IMG/VR virus record: IMGVR_UViG_3300045988_052641
Coordinates: 1-64,000 of that record
Source of the DNA: a virus
DNA: 64,000 bases
Direction: 5' to 3' (one strand)
Made by a program: the position numbers and the translations under genes. The first letter of the stretch is position 1, and every line of letters begins with the position of its first letter. The notes beneath the pieces were generated by a model. That model did no database searches and was not told the origin of the DNA. It saw nothing but the letters and a program-made list of their open reading frames with translations. Below, one piece after another: positions 10,231 through 19,237 of this stretch.

Positions 10231-10304
10231 TGGCGAGAAGGTGACTCGAACACCCAACCTTGCGATTATGAGTCGCACGCTCTAGCCAGTTGAGCTATCT
10301 CGCC
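10231..10304 (-). tRNA. tRNA-Met(CAT)
   Basis: acceptor GGCGAGA/TCTCGCC, anticodon arm TGCGA-CTCATAA-TCGCA, T-arm GGGTGTTCGAGTCACCT. Confidence 0.8.
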
Positions 10305-10558
10305 ATTAATAAGAACATAAAGCTCATCGTGTCTACATCGTTACCAATGCAACCTTAATACCTCCCGTTTGCTTCACTGCCGGCTAGTCTGGCTTTGTCT
10401 CCTTATGTTCTTATATATGAATAATCCGCCTGGCAGGGCTGTGAGCTGCCTTACCAATTATTGACGTCAGCTAATTTATGGAATAGCACGTCTGCTAAAC
10501 TGAAATAGCCCTATAGTCATTTCTACACCTGCTCACATTTAAGTGGTGGATTACATGT

Positions 10559-11404
10559 TTATCGGTATTTATCGAACATGCTGTCTGATGCTTCTTCTCC
10601 CCACATAGACACGATACCTACTTTGGTAGCCCTAAATACTATTGGGTCTTCTAACCTTCTTTTACGGTCTTCTTCAGCTTTAGAGAAGATTTCTATGCGA
10701 ATATTATTCTCCATAGTATCATAAGGCGCTGCAATTAGCCAAGTGTTATGGTCTAAATATGAGGTGCCAAGATGTAGGTAATCTTCCTCCTTATAACTTC
10801 CACCTATAGACCTCATGTACTGATAACCACGGTCAATACCTTTGAATACAAATGGGAATCTAGAGAAATACTCAACAAGCCGTTTGGTCATGTCCTTAGA
10901 CATTCTTGAATCTATTCTCGCAGCTTCAACCCAACTGACGTAGTTAAGATTTAAAGAGTTCAAAGCGTTAGAAGCCTTTGCTATTTGTGACACATTCTCA
11001 CTTGGAATGAATCCGCTGAAGGTCGATATTGGACCACAATACAAATTGTACTTCTTCAGGATTGCAAAGAAATCCTCGTAAGTTACAACCAGTGCATCAG
11101 GATACGATTCTTTAATCCAGGATGTTATTTCGTTAACCTTCTTCAGGTCTAATTTCTCTGGACCTAAAGCTGACTTATACTTCTTAGACTCGAGAATAGT
11201 CCTAAGAGTTTCTGCATTCTTAGTTCTACCTAAACCTGCTGCTTCCAACTTATCAAGCTCCTCTTTGATTTGCTCGGAATTGTCAAAGTCTTGATTGCCT
11301 TCTACGTACTTCTTATAGTACTCCATAGATGCTGTTACTAAGGCTAAACGTAACGCATCTGCACTCAATTTCTCCATACTATGATAAATGTTCTTTAATA
11401 TCAA
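10559..11404 (-). CDS. paralog family protein C
   Basis: 281 aa; C-terminus VGIVSMWGEEASDSMFDKY; N-terminal EAAGLGRTKNAE resembles DAGLGSSKNAR of paralog A. Confidence 0.6.
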   Translation of the reverse strand: MILKNIYHSMEKLSADALRLALVTASMEYYKKYVEGNQDFDNSEQIKEELDKLEAAGLGRTKNAETLRTILESKKYKSALGPEKLDLKKVNEITSWIKESYPDALVVTYEDFFAILKKYNLYCGPISTFSGFIPSENVSQIAKASNALNSLNLNYVSWVEAARIDSRMSKDMTKRLVEYFSRFPFVFKGIDRGYQYMRSIGGSYKEEDYLHLGTSYLDHNTWLIAAPYDTMENNIRIEIFSKAEEDRKRRLEDPIVFRATKVGIVSMWGEEASDSMFDKYR

Positions 11405-11837
11405 TCATGTATTTTATACCTTCAATTATCACACATGCTAGCCCGCCAACGAGCATAATGAAGTATAATGCAACAATTAGTGGTTCCCAACCAGTCCCAT
11501 AATCACTTCTATTGAGATTAAAGCTAAGCCTGTTTGACTTGTTATTAATAAAAGCTCTATCATAGGTTGGTTTATCTACACGTAGTTTGAACTGATTATC
11601 CCTACCGTCGGCTATTAGTGTAAGCTCATATACAGTATGCGTCTGTTGATTAACTGTTTCGGTATAACAGTCCTTAGCAACTACTGTAGTCCACACAGGT
11701 TTGTCAATACAGGTTTCTTTAACTAAGTTAGATTTACATCCTCCTAGTCCTACTAAGCACACCACCAGCCATATTACTATCAAAGTTGTATGTCTGAAAG
11801 TGTTAGCTGGTGGTCTCATATCAACAATTGTCGGCAT
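11379..11837 (-). CDS. putative lipoprotein/membrane protein
   Basis: 152 aa; N-terminal hydrophobic segment with LVGLGGC lipobox-like motif and C-terminal TM helix. Confidence 0.5.
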   Translation of the reverse strand: MPTIVDMRPPANTFRHTTLIVIWLVVCLVGLGGCKSNLVKETCIDKPVWTTVVAKDCYTETVNQQTHTVYELTLIADGRDNQFKLRVDKPTYDRAFINNKSNRLSFNLNRSDYGTGWEPLIVALYFIMLVGGLACVIIEGIKYMIDIKEHLS

Positions 11838-12016
11838 CTTCTGTCAATAATTTAGTTGCCTTATCCATTCCTAACTCGTAAGCTTCAGCAATTAATACTG
11901 CCGCACTTGCTATAGAAAGCTTACCACCGTTGTCCTCTGCTACGTTAGCTGCATTTTCAAGCAGCTCACTTAAAGTTTCTACCATAATTAAATACATTTA
12001 ATAGTTAATAATCTAG

Positions 12017-12098
12017 TAGGGTAGGTGAGACTCGAACTCACACGCCCGAAGGCACTTGGGCCTAAACCAAGCCTGTCTGCCAATTCCAGCACTACCCC
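12017..12098 (-). tRNA. tRNA-Leu(TAG), class II
   Basis: acceptor GGGGTAG/CTACCCT, anticodon arm CTTGG-TTTAGGC-CCAAG, long variable arm GTGCCTTCGGGCGT, T-arm GTGAGTTCGAGTCTCAC. Confidence 0.8.
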
Positions 12099-12102
12099 AT
12101 TG

Positions 12103-12321
12103 TTACTTCATCAAATTGATAAATTCATCTTCATGTCCCTTATAGTATCGCTGGAGATATGCAATATACACAGCTTCGTCCTTAACTATTTGAGGGAATT
12201 TGGATTCAAATTGTTCTACTTTCTCTTCTCCTACTATACTTACATGAAAGTCTCTAGGTGTGTTATCCACCTTAGTTGCAGACATTAATAAGACTAATAG
12301 GAATATCAATAAATGTTTCAT
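12103..12321 (-). CDS. small secreted protein (signal peptide)
   Basis: 72 aa, N-terminal MKHLLIFLLVLLMSA hydrophobic leader. Confidence 0.45.
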   Translation of the reverse strand: MKHLLIFLLVLLMSATKVDNTPRDFHVSIVGEEKVEQFESKFPQIVKDEAVYIAYLQRYYKGHEDEFINLMK

Positions 12322-12368
12322 TTAGTTGTTAATAAAAGGAGAGCGAGATTGCTCTCGCCCTCCAAGGT

Positions 12369-13826
12369 TTATTTGTTGTCTTTCTTCTCCGTAGAGTAGT
12401 CCTTACGGTCGAGTTCCCACTGATACTCACACATCTGAGTGATTGCTTCAAGCTTCTCTGTACCCAGAACGAGTTTGAGAGCATTTACCAATCTTTCAGC
12501 CGGAGTTTCCACAACAGCTTTCTTGGATGCGAGTCCAAGTTGACGTTGATAAGATTCAACGCTAGCTTTGATATGGAACGATGTTACATGGGTTTCTTCT
12601 GTAAAGATGAGTTTGGATTTGGTTGATTCAACGATTTCAGCCATAAATGCCGGAGCAATTTCAGCTTCTTGAATGTAGTTACATACTTCACTCAAATCAT
12701 CGTCGATTGTATATCCTTCTTCAGCGGTGAAGGTAGAACGGATGAATTTCTCCGCAGTTTCAGCGTCCAGACAGTCCATGGTAATCACAGAACCAATTCT
12801 CTTACCTCTCAAGAAGGTAGGTTCAATCAATTCAATGTGATTAGTAGTGAACAAGGTGATTACGTTCATATCTTTGGTATCACCACCGTCCAGAGTATTC
12901 AGGATGTCTTGCATAGCAGCATCTCTGTTACCTCTAGTTACTTGGTCAATATCTTCAACAAATACGACAACACCATGACCCGAACGGTCAACAACTTTAC
13001 ACATGCGCAGAGTTTCTGCAAGAAGAGAAGGATTCTTCAAATACACGAATGACCAGCCGTTTGTCACAGCATCTTTAGCCAGCTTAAATGCCAGCAAGGT
13101 CTTACCTGTACCATATTTACCTTCCAGCAAACAACCATACTTCAATGGAATACCTTTAGCCAGACATTTCTCCGGATACAAGATTCTTGAACGTAGCGGT
13201 TGCAATTCAAATTCAGTCTTCTTAGAAAGAACCATGAATTGTTTCTCAATGCCGGCAAGTGTCATGATAGTAGGTTCAGACAGATTGCTGATTTCCAGTG
13301 CTTGATTCTTGTAGATAGACTCCGATGCTAACAGCTCTTTAGTTCTGTCAACAATATCATCAATCAATGACTGGTATTTGAACTGGCATTGTCCTTTAAT
13401 AAGGAGTAAATGACGGTCATTGTCATAGTTGATGTTGATTTCAGAATCCTCTCCCAATTCTTCAAGGCTGATTTTACCAAACGGAACCTTGGTACGAGAA
13501 CCGTCTGCCAGAACAACGTCTACGGTATCAATATTGCTGTTTCCAGAAGGACTGTTATCCTCCTTACTAACGGCAGAACCGAAGATTTCATTGATTGCTC
13601 TGTTCAACTGATATACACCGTCCGGTTTCCAACAAAGCAGCGAGTATTTGAAACTTGCCATTTTCTTGGACTGTTTGATTTCACCTTCGATGAATCCCAG
13701 AGCATCAGCATACTTCACGTTGCTTTGGAGCACTTCAATCATTCTCTGTTTCTGAGTTTCCTCGTACTTGTTAACTCTCTGCTTAATAGCAGCTGTAGTT
13801 CCTTGCGGAATAATGTTCTTTGCCAT
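12369..13826 (-). CDS. classic AAA+ ATPase (FtsH/Cdc48-like module) with ~250 aa N-terminal domain
   Basis: Walker A GKYGTGKT, Walker B VVFVEDIDQV, second region of homology NVITLFTTNHIELIEPTFLRGKRIG. Confidence 0.8.
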   Translation of the reverse strand: MAKNIIPQGTTAAIKQRVNKYEETQKQRMIEVLQSNVKYADALGFIEGEIKQSKKMASFKYSLLCWKPDGVYQLNRAINEIFGSAVSKEDNSPSGNSNIDTVDVVLADGSRTKVPFGKISLEELGEDSEININYDNDRHLLLIKGQCQFKYQSLIDDIVDRTKELLASESIYKNQALEISNLSEPTIMTLAGIEKQFMVLSKKTEFELQPLRSRILYPEKCLAKGIPLKYGCLLEGKYGTGKTLLAFKLAKDAVTNGWSFVYLKNPSLLAETLRMCKVVDRSGHGVVVFVEDIDQVTRGNRDAAMQDILNTLDGGDTKDMNVITLFTTNHIELIEPTFLRGKRIGSVITMDCLDAETAEKFIRSTFTAEEGYTIDDDLSEVCNYIQEAEIAPAFMAEIVESTKSKLIFTEETHVTSFHIKASVESYQRQLGLASKKAVVETPAERLVNALKLVLGTEKLEAITQMCEYQWELDRKDYSTEKKDNK

Positions 13827-13829
13827 TAC

Positions 13830-14102
13830 TTAATTAGGTTTATTAATCTTATTTACTTCTTTAATGATTGCCTCACAATTCTCTCTTGTTGTAGTTAAAC
13901 AACCAAGTTGAATAATAGAACCGTCTTGAGTGATAGTCAGGTTCTTCTCTTCGATTGTTTCCCTACATAGACCTCCTCTGATAATTCTTTTAATGAGTGG
14001 AAAGGGTAATATAGTATTCTTACAGAATATCATATTCTTGCCTTCCACATAAATGACATCGTAGCCGTCAATGCTACCTACTACCTTACTCATTCGATTC
14101 AA
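13830..14102 (-). CDS. hypothetical protein
   Basis: 90 aa ORF. Confidence 0.45.
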   Translation of the reverse strand: MNRMSKVVGSIDGYDVIYVEGKNMIFCKNTILPFPLIKRIIRGGLCRETIEEKNLTITQDGSIIQLGCLTTTRENCEAIIKEVNKINKPN

Positions 14103-14114
14103 CTATTAACTGTG

Positions 14115-14188
14115 TGGGCCCGGCCGGACTTGAACCGACAACCTCCTGATTATGAGTCAGTTTCTCTAACCGATTGAGATACGGGCCC
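14115..14188 (-). tRNA. tRNA with CAT anticodon (Met or Ile-lysidine type)
   Basis: acceptor GGGCCCG/CGGGCCC, anticodon loop CTCATAA, T-arm GTCGGTTCAAGTCCGGC. Confidence 0.7.
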
Positions 14189-14285
14189 CGAACGCCCATG
14201 TTTACTCACAATTAACAGTTCTCAAAGAGTAGTGTTGTTAGTGACTTCATGATAAATTCTATTTTAAACTGAAATAATTAGTAGT

Positions 14286-14356
14286 TGGGCTACCAGGATT
14301 CGAACCTGGGCTACAAGAGCCAAAACCTTGTGTGACTACCACTACACCATAGCCCA
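14286..14356 (-). tRNA. tRNA-Gln(TTG)
   Basis: U1-A72 acceptor TGGGCTA/TAGCCCA, anticodon arm CAAGG-TTTTGGC-TCTTG, T-arm CCAGGTTCGAATCCTGG. Confidence 0.8.
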
Positions 14357-14377
14357 GTAAAAGGAGTCCGAAGACTC

Positions 14378-15445
14378 CTAAACTAACTTATCGAATATCA
14401 TGGGTTGTATTGACATCCATAAATTCGCTAGCATTTCTTGCTCTGCGTCAGATGCTTCATCCCAATGTGATACGTACAATTTCTCCGTTCGTTCATTCCT
14501 ATAAGGAACTTTAAATGAACGGTTAATGCGTACACTGTGTGCGAATAGGTCTTTGTCGAAATCAATAGCCCTAAGCGTCTTCTGGAAATCGTTGAACTTA
14601 TTATTAGAGTCATCGACATCCCTAACAGACATTCCAGAAGGAAACGGGCCGTTACCATGCCTTGTTATATAAGGACGAGTTACATAACAAGTTTGGATTT
14701 CTTTACGTATACCTGCTTTCCGCAACAGCTCGTAAGCGTTTTGTGAAGTTGTATTAGACGGAGTACAATAAGGCATTATGCCGAATCTTTGGTCAAGCAA
14801 TATTCCCTGTGAACCTTCAAACACTAGGTTATCATAATTCAACAAGCAATCTTCATTAACCGTACCTGTATGTAAGAAATAAGCATGTGCTAACCTACAC
14901 CAGTTGTCTAGGTCTATCGAAGGATATTTACTAGACATGTTGTAATAGTTATCCACTATGGCATTTAGTTTCTCACGCAGTATGTAAGGATTCATACAAT
15001 CTACAACTGTTAAGCTGTATCCTGCCTTAACTCGGTCCAAACAAGCTTTAAACCCTGTACCTACAGTACCATGTCGTAAGTTCTCTTCGTTATTAACTTG
15101 GGAATAGACATCGAAGGGAATTACAACTTGGCAGTGAGGGTGATACTGAACAATGGGATGAACTCCCATTTTAGCTAAGTCTGCACCCTCCAACATAGAG
15201 GTAATTGGGTCTACAGTACAGTATTCGGACCAGTACGTCGGCACTCCAAGTAAGGTTCCGCTGCCAAAGTTACTAAAGGTATGCATTATGTCTCCATGCT
15301 TTACAGTATGTCCTACTTGATGTCCACCACTAAACCTGACTACTAATACAGACTCTCGCTTACCTATGTACTTGTTACATAAGTTGTGAACTGTCTGTCC
15401 CTTACCTTCGTCTCCAAAGAATGTTCCTAATACAATACTAATCAT
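14378..15445 (-). CDS. adenylosuccinate synthetase family protein, short form (PurA/PurZ-like)
   Basis: GDEGKGQ P-loop, RFSGGHQVGHTV, PYCTPSNTTSQNA, TRPYITRHGNGPFPS, HSVRINRSF conserved PurA blocks; only 355 aa, lacks TTGRxRR and the (T/N)KLD guanine-specificity motif. Confidence 0.75.
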   Translation of the reverse strand: MISIVLGTFFGDEGKGQTVHNLCNKYIGKRESVLVVRFSGGHQVGHTVKHGDIMHTFSNFGSGTLLGVPTYWSEYCTVDPITSMLEGADLAKMGVHPIVQYHPHCQVVIPFDVYSQVNNEENLRHGTVGTGFKACLDRVKAGYSLTVVDCMNPYILREKLNAIVDNYYNMSSKYPSIDLDNWCRLAHAYFLHTGTVNEDCLLNYDNLVFEGSQGILLDQRFGIMPYCTPSNTTSQNAYELLRKAGIRKEIQTCYVTRPYITRHGNGPFPSGMSVRDVDDSNNKFNDFQKTLRAIDFDKDLFAHSVRINRSFKVPYRNERTEKLYVSHWDEASDAEQEMLANLWMSIQPMIFDKLV

Positions 15446-15451
15446 TTCAGT

Positions 15452-16384
15452 TTAATAAAATTTGTCATTATTATCAGACGGCACATCCTGCCATTCCTGA
15501 CTAACAGAAGCACTAGGAGCTAAGCCTTCAACAGGCTCCTCATAGTTCTCTTTAATTGCGGTGACAATCACCTTGTCTACTTCTCCAGATGCACATGTCA
15601 ATACATTCTGTCCAAGTAAAGTCTTCCAAGATTCAGCAACCCTTGAGCCATGACTGGCATTAGTAATGTGAATGTGGAATACATGGTACTGTTCCTTTGC
15701 TTTGTCAAGAGCTTCTTGACAAGTAATGGTTTTAGCACCTTTTTGATACCCTAGAACACGTTCTAAGTAACACCCCTCTACCTTATCGAGATTTGGTTCA
15801 TCTCCAATAGTAAATAGGAATCCCTTAGTGTGTCTTTCAAACCAGGAATCAGTTTCGGTATGATAACCTGCCACAATATGAGCTAGTAGATAGCTTTCAC
15901 CTCTATTACCTCCTCCACCACCTTCAATCACGAATGATTGTAAAGTGTCAAGGATTTTAGCTGTATCAGACTCAAACTGGCCAATTTGAATTGGATATCG
16001 GTCATAAACGTGGTCCCCAACTGCCATAAACATGATTTGTGGGTCACGTACACCTAGTTGAATGAGAGAGTCCATAATCTTAGGGAATTGGTCTCTAATC
16101 ATTTCATAAGGTGTGTCCATCATTGAACCAGTAACGTCTAGCGCAATGATTATCGGAGTAGAGAAAGGATGTTCTTTAGAATCACGAGATTCACGAACAC
16201 CCACGTTAACCATTTCTTGCCTTATCTGCGTGTTATACTGCCTAACATTGTTGTTAAGCGATGCAGCAGTATTACATGCATTAATGGCATGGCTCTTAAA
16301 GAGTTCATCCCTAGTGGAGGTATATAAACCCCTACTGCCGGCCTCTACATCATAAGCAATTCTAGAATAACTACCTGCTCCCAT
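15452..16384 (-). CDS. von Willebrand factor A (vWA) domain protein
   Basis: IIIALDVTGSM MIDAS-like motif followed by alternating hydrophobic/Gly blocks typical of vWA fold. Confidence 0.6.
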   Translation of the reverse strand: MGAGSYSRIAYDVEAGSRGLYTSTRDELFKSHAINACNTAASLNNNVRQYNTQIRQEMVNVGVRESRDSKEHPFSTPIIIALDVTGSMMDTPYEMIRDQFPKIMDSLIQLGVRDPQIMFMAVGDHVYDRYPIQIGQFESDTAKILDTLQSFVIEGGGGGNRGESYLLAHIVAGYHTETDSWFERHTKGFLFTIGDEPNLDKVEGCYLERVLGYQKGAKTITCQEALDKAKEQYHVFHIHITNASHGSRVAESWKTLLGQNVLTCASGEVDKVIVTAIKENYEEPVEGLAPSASVSQEWQDVPSDNNDKFY

Positions 16385-16387
16385 AAA

Positions 16388-16756
16388 TTATTCATTTACA
16401 GTTGCAGCAACGTCATCCAAATTAATGGATTCTGATGCATCAGCGGGAAATTCTTCTGCATCGACTTGCATAGCTAGAGCAAGTTCAATCTTTGCAACAC
16501 GCAGTTTACGTGCCAATTCATGTCTTGTTCTTACCCATTCAGCCGGATTCAGTCCTTCTCCCGGATTCAAAGAGTCTCTTGATTTAACAGCCAGGTCATT
16601 GTGTTTGTTGATTTCTCCCTGAATGCGGAGTACTTTCAATTTACAATCCTGAACAAATCTGTCTTCCTCGATTTTAGCCAATTCATACAGATTCTGCGCT
16701 CTTGCATCAAGTACACTTTGTCCACTCTTACTTAATTTCTCTTTAAAACTGCTCAT
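16388..16756 (-). CDS. hypothetical protein
   Basis: 122 aa ORF immediately downstream of vWA gene. Confidence 0.5.
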   Translation of the reverse strand: MSSFKEKLSKSGQSVLDARAQNLYELAKIEEDRFVQDCKLKVLRIQGEINKHNDLAVKSRDSLNPGEGLNPAEWVRTRHELARKLRVAKIELALAMQVDAEEFPADASESINLDDVAATVNE

Positions 16757-16843
16757 TTACACTTACATTTAACATGTTAAATTCAATAAGCATCTCTGTG
16801 TGGTAATTTATAATCTAACTGTAATCATCTAGGATTACAATCG

Positions 16844-16926
16844 AGCCGACTGTCAGATTCGAACTGACGTGGAGTTTCCTCTCGTGATTACAAGTCACGT
16901 GCAATCAACCACTATGCGAAGTCGGC
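16844..16926 (-). tRNA. tRNA with anticodon TGT (Thr) but class-II-like 14-nt variable arm
   Basis: acceptor GCCGACT/AGTCGGC, anticodon arm CGTGA-CTTGTAA-TCACG, extra arm AGAGGAAACTCCAC, T-arm GTCAGTTCGAATCTGAC. Confidence 0.6.
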
Positions 16927-16984
16927 ATAAACAGGAGACGATGTTACCAAGTGTGCTGACATCTCCTTCGTAAATCAAAGAAAG

Positions 16985-17058
16985 CGGTGCATACGAGATT
17001 CGAACTCGTGATATCCACCGTGACAGGGTGGTGTCCTGGGCCACTGAACGAATGCACC
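16985..17058 (-). tRNA. tRNA-Asp(GTC)
   Basis: acceptor GGTGCAT/ATGCACC, anticodon arm CCACC-CTGTCAC-GGTGG, T-arm ACGAGTTCGAATCTCGT. Confidence 0.85.
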
Positions 17059-17363
17059 ATGAAGCTTGCTTAACCTACCCTCGAAACCTATGCTTGGACT
17101 TGCAATCAGTTATTCAGATATTGTCCCTTCCCGCTAGCTGAGTCATTCTCTTACTGTAATCGTGTGTCCAACTCACAATCACTATTCAGATGTGCCAAAT
17201 GGGACATGGCAATTCATAGAAAGTGGGTGCTAGCCGTTTCTATCCCACCATTGCGTACTACAGTGCTAGCTACCGTCTAAGCTCCTATCCCTTACGTCGC
17301 CTTAGAGTGTACATGATTATTATTGCCTAACCAGTTACCTGATTGGAAGGATTATGTACGAGG

Positions 17364-17435
17364 TACTGCCAACGGGATTCGAACCCGTATTTTCAGTGTG
17401 AGAGACTGATTACCTAACCCTTAGTAGATGGCAGT
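17364..17435 (-). tRNA. tRNA-Glu(CTC)
   Basis: acceptor ACTGCCA/TGGCAGT, anticodon arm TCAGT-CTCTCAC-ACTGA, T-arm ACGGGTTCGAATCCCGT. Confidence 0.7.
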
Positions 17436-17718
17436 GTGTTAAATAGTCGTGAGTAGTTAATTGCAACTATGACAAAATTAAGATTAAAGTCAAAGACCAG
17501 CCTATTGCTATCTAGGGCAAAGTCAAAGGAATTTTGTAACTTCGCAATAGACTGACAGGGTTTGAATTAATAATACTTAATTATGCTGGAAATCGTCCCT
17601 GTATGAAATACAGAACACGATTAATTTGTCGACAATGCATCGACTAGAGTCTTTGATGCAATTCATACTACTCACGCAAAGCTATGTTAGAATCCAATGA
17701 GATTCAAGACTATAGCAC

Positions 17719-18612
17719 CTATTTATCTGGATTGGAAATCTTAGTTAGCAATTCATAAGTTGCTTGTAACTCATTAGGAATTACTATCTTAAGTTCCAAT
17801 AGTTTCTTACGTTCTTCAACTTTCCAAGTTTCACATTGTTGAGACAGGGTTTTGGCATCCAAATTGAATCTACCAACAGCTTGTTTATAAGCCTGATTGA
17901 CTTCATATTCAGAATCCTTTACCATTTTATCAATCTTAAACTTAATCTTATTAAGTCTGGCTGATATGTCTCTGTGTTTCTGCTGTAATGCAAAGAATGT
18001 ATTCTCTACCTTATCGCTACTAACAGACGGGTCATACGAGTACACGATTGTGTCAGTACCAGAACCTTCAACTTTAGTAGGATTAGTATAGGCATCCATT
18101 AAAGCTCTACGGGCATTTGCAAACGGACGCATCGGATGAATATACTTACCAATGGCAGATGCTTCTGCTTCTAGTCTGTAATATTCCATACGTTCTGCAA
18201 TGCTCAATGAAGCAATTGCTTCCTCTTCGGTAAGGATATGACCCTTAATCGGGGTGTCCAACTTGAATCCAGCTACGTCTGTAGCATATAAATCCCATGT
18301 GTACCTGTTAATAATTTCAAGTTCTTCTTCTCTAGCCTTAATAGCTTCACGAATCCATGCACAGAAGGCATTCATATTAGCAACTTCTTGAAGTAATGTG
18401 GGCACATTATCAAGATATGCCTCATTTCTACCTGTCTTCACAGTCCTAGAGTTACCTCCACTTAGCAAGCTAATATTGACATTCACAAACCCTACAGAAT
18501 CTAAAGCTTGTCTATTAGATTCTACTGTTTCCTTAGCTATATTAGCCAGGTGATTGGCAGAAGTTTGGGTTAGTCCCTTCTCGCCAAAGAATACTTTGTT
18601 ACATTCTTTCAT
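17719..18612 (-). CDS. hypothetical protein
   Basis: 297 aa ORF. Confidence 0.55.
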   Translation of the reverse strand: MKECNKVFFGEKGLTQTSANHLANIAKETVESNRQALDSVGFVNVNISLLSGGNSRTVKTGRNEAYLDNVPTLLQEVANMNAFCAWIREAIKAREEELEIINRYTWDLYATDVAGFKLDTPIKGHILTEEEAIASLSIAERMEYYRLEAEASAIGKYIHPMRPFANARRALMDAYTNPTKVEGSGTDTIVYSYDPSVSSDKVENTFFALQQKHRDISARLNKIKFKIDKMVKDSEYEVNQAYKQAVGRFNLDAKTLSQQCETWKVEERKKLLELKIVIPNELQATYELLTKISNPDK

Positions 18613-18641
18613 AAGCTGTAATTATTAATTCATTACTAATG

Positions 18642-18714
18642 CACTGGATAGGGGATTCGAACCCCTGTTTACGCATAGAAAGTGCGTCGACCTAAACCAC
18701 TAGTCGAATCCAGT
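18642..18714 (-). tRNA. tRNA-Glu(TTC)
   Basis: acceptor ACTGGAT/ATCCAGT, anticodon arm ACGCA-CTTTCTA-TGCGT, T-arm AGGGGTTCGAATCCCCT. Confidence 0.8.
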
Positions 18715-18722
18715 ATACCTTA

Positions 18723-19010
18723 TTAAGCCTTCCAGAATACAAACTTATTGCCTTCTGGACATCTTACATACTTCACATCAAAACCATTCTCTCGATATAG
18801 AGGTTCTACATCTAACCAATGGTTCTTAATTACTTCTTCTTCAGTTAGACCTTCAGATGCTACATAGGCTATTACATCTGATTGCTTAAATTCAGAAGCT
18901 TTACCACTCCAGTTCTTAACTATTAAAGTATTAAAAGCTAAGATAACTGCATCAGGAATAGATTTTAAATCTATACTCCTCAATTCTCTTGAATTTAATA
19001 CCTTCACCAT
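18723..19010 (-). CDS. hypothetical protein
   Basis: 95 aa ORF. Confidence 0.45.
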   Translation of the reverse strand: MVKVLNSRELRSIDLKSIPDAVILAFNTLIVKNWSGKASEFKQSDVIAYVASEGLTEEEVIKNHWLDVEPLYRENGFDVKYVRCPEGNKFVFWKA

Positions 19011-19062
19011 AATTCTAATAATTAGGTTAATAATGATTTTCGCAAACTCTTATTAGCCAGCG

Positions 19063-19150
19063 CGGAGAGTGCTGGATTCGAACCAGCGGAACCCTTTTGA
19101 GGTTCGGTCCCTTAGCAGGGGACTGGTTTAAGCCACTCACCCAACTCTCC
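19063..19150 (-). tRNA. tRNA-Ser(GCT), class II
   Basis: acceptor GGAGAGT/ACTCTCC, anticodon arm GTCCC-CTGCTAA-GGGAC, long variable arm, T-arm GCTGGTTCGAATCCAGC. Confidence 0.85.
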
Positions 19151-19237
19151 AATCCACAGAAGACTTATTTATGCTATATCAATCGCTTATGATTACCTCA
19201 ATGCTGTAAGTCTTCTTAGAAATTCACTGTAAAAGGA

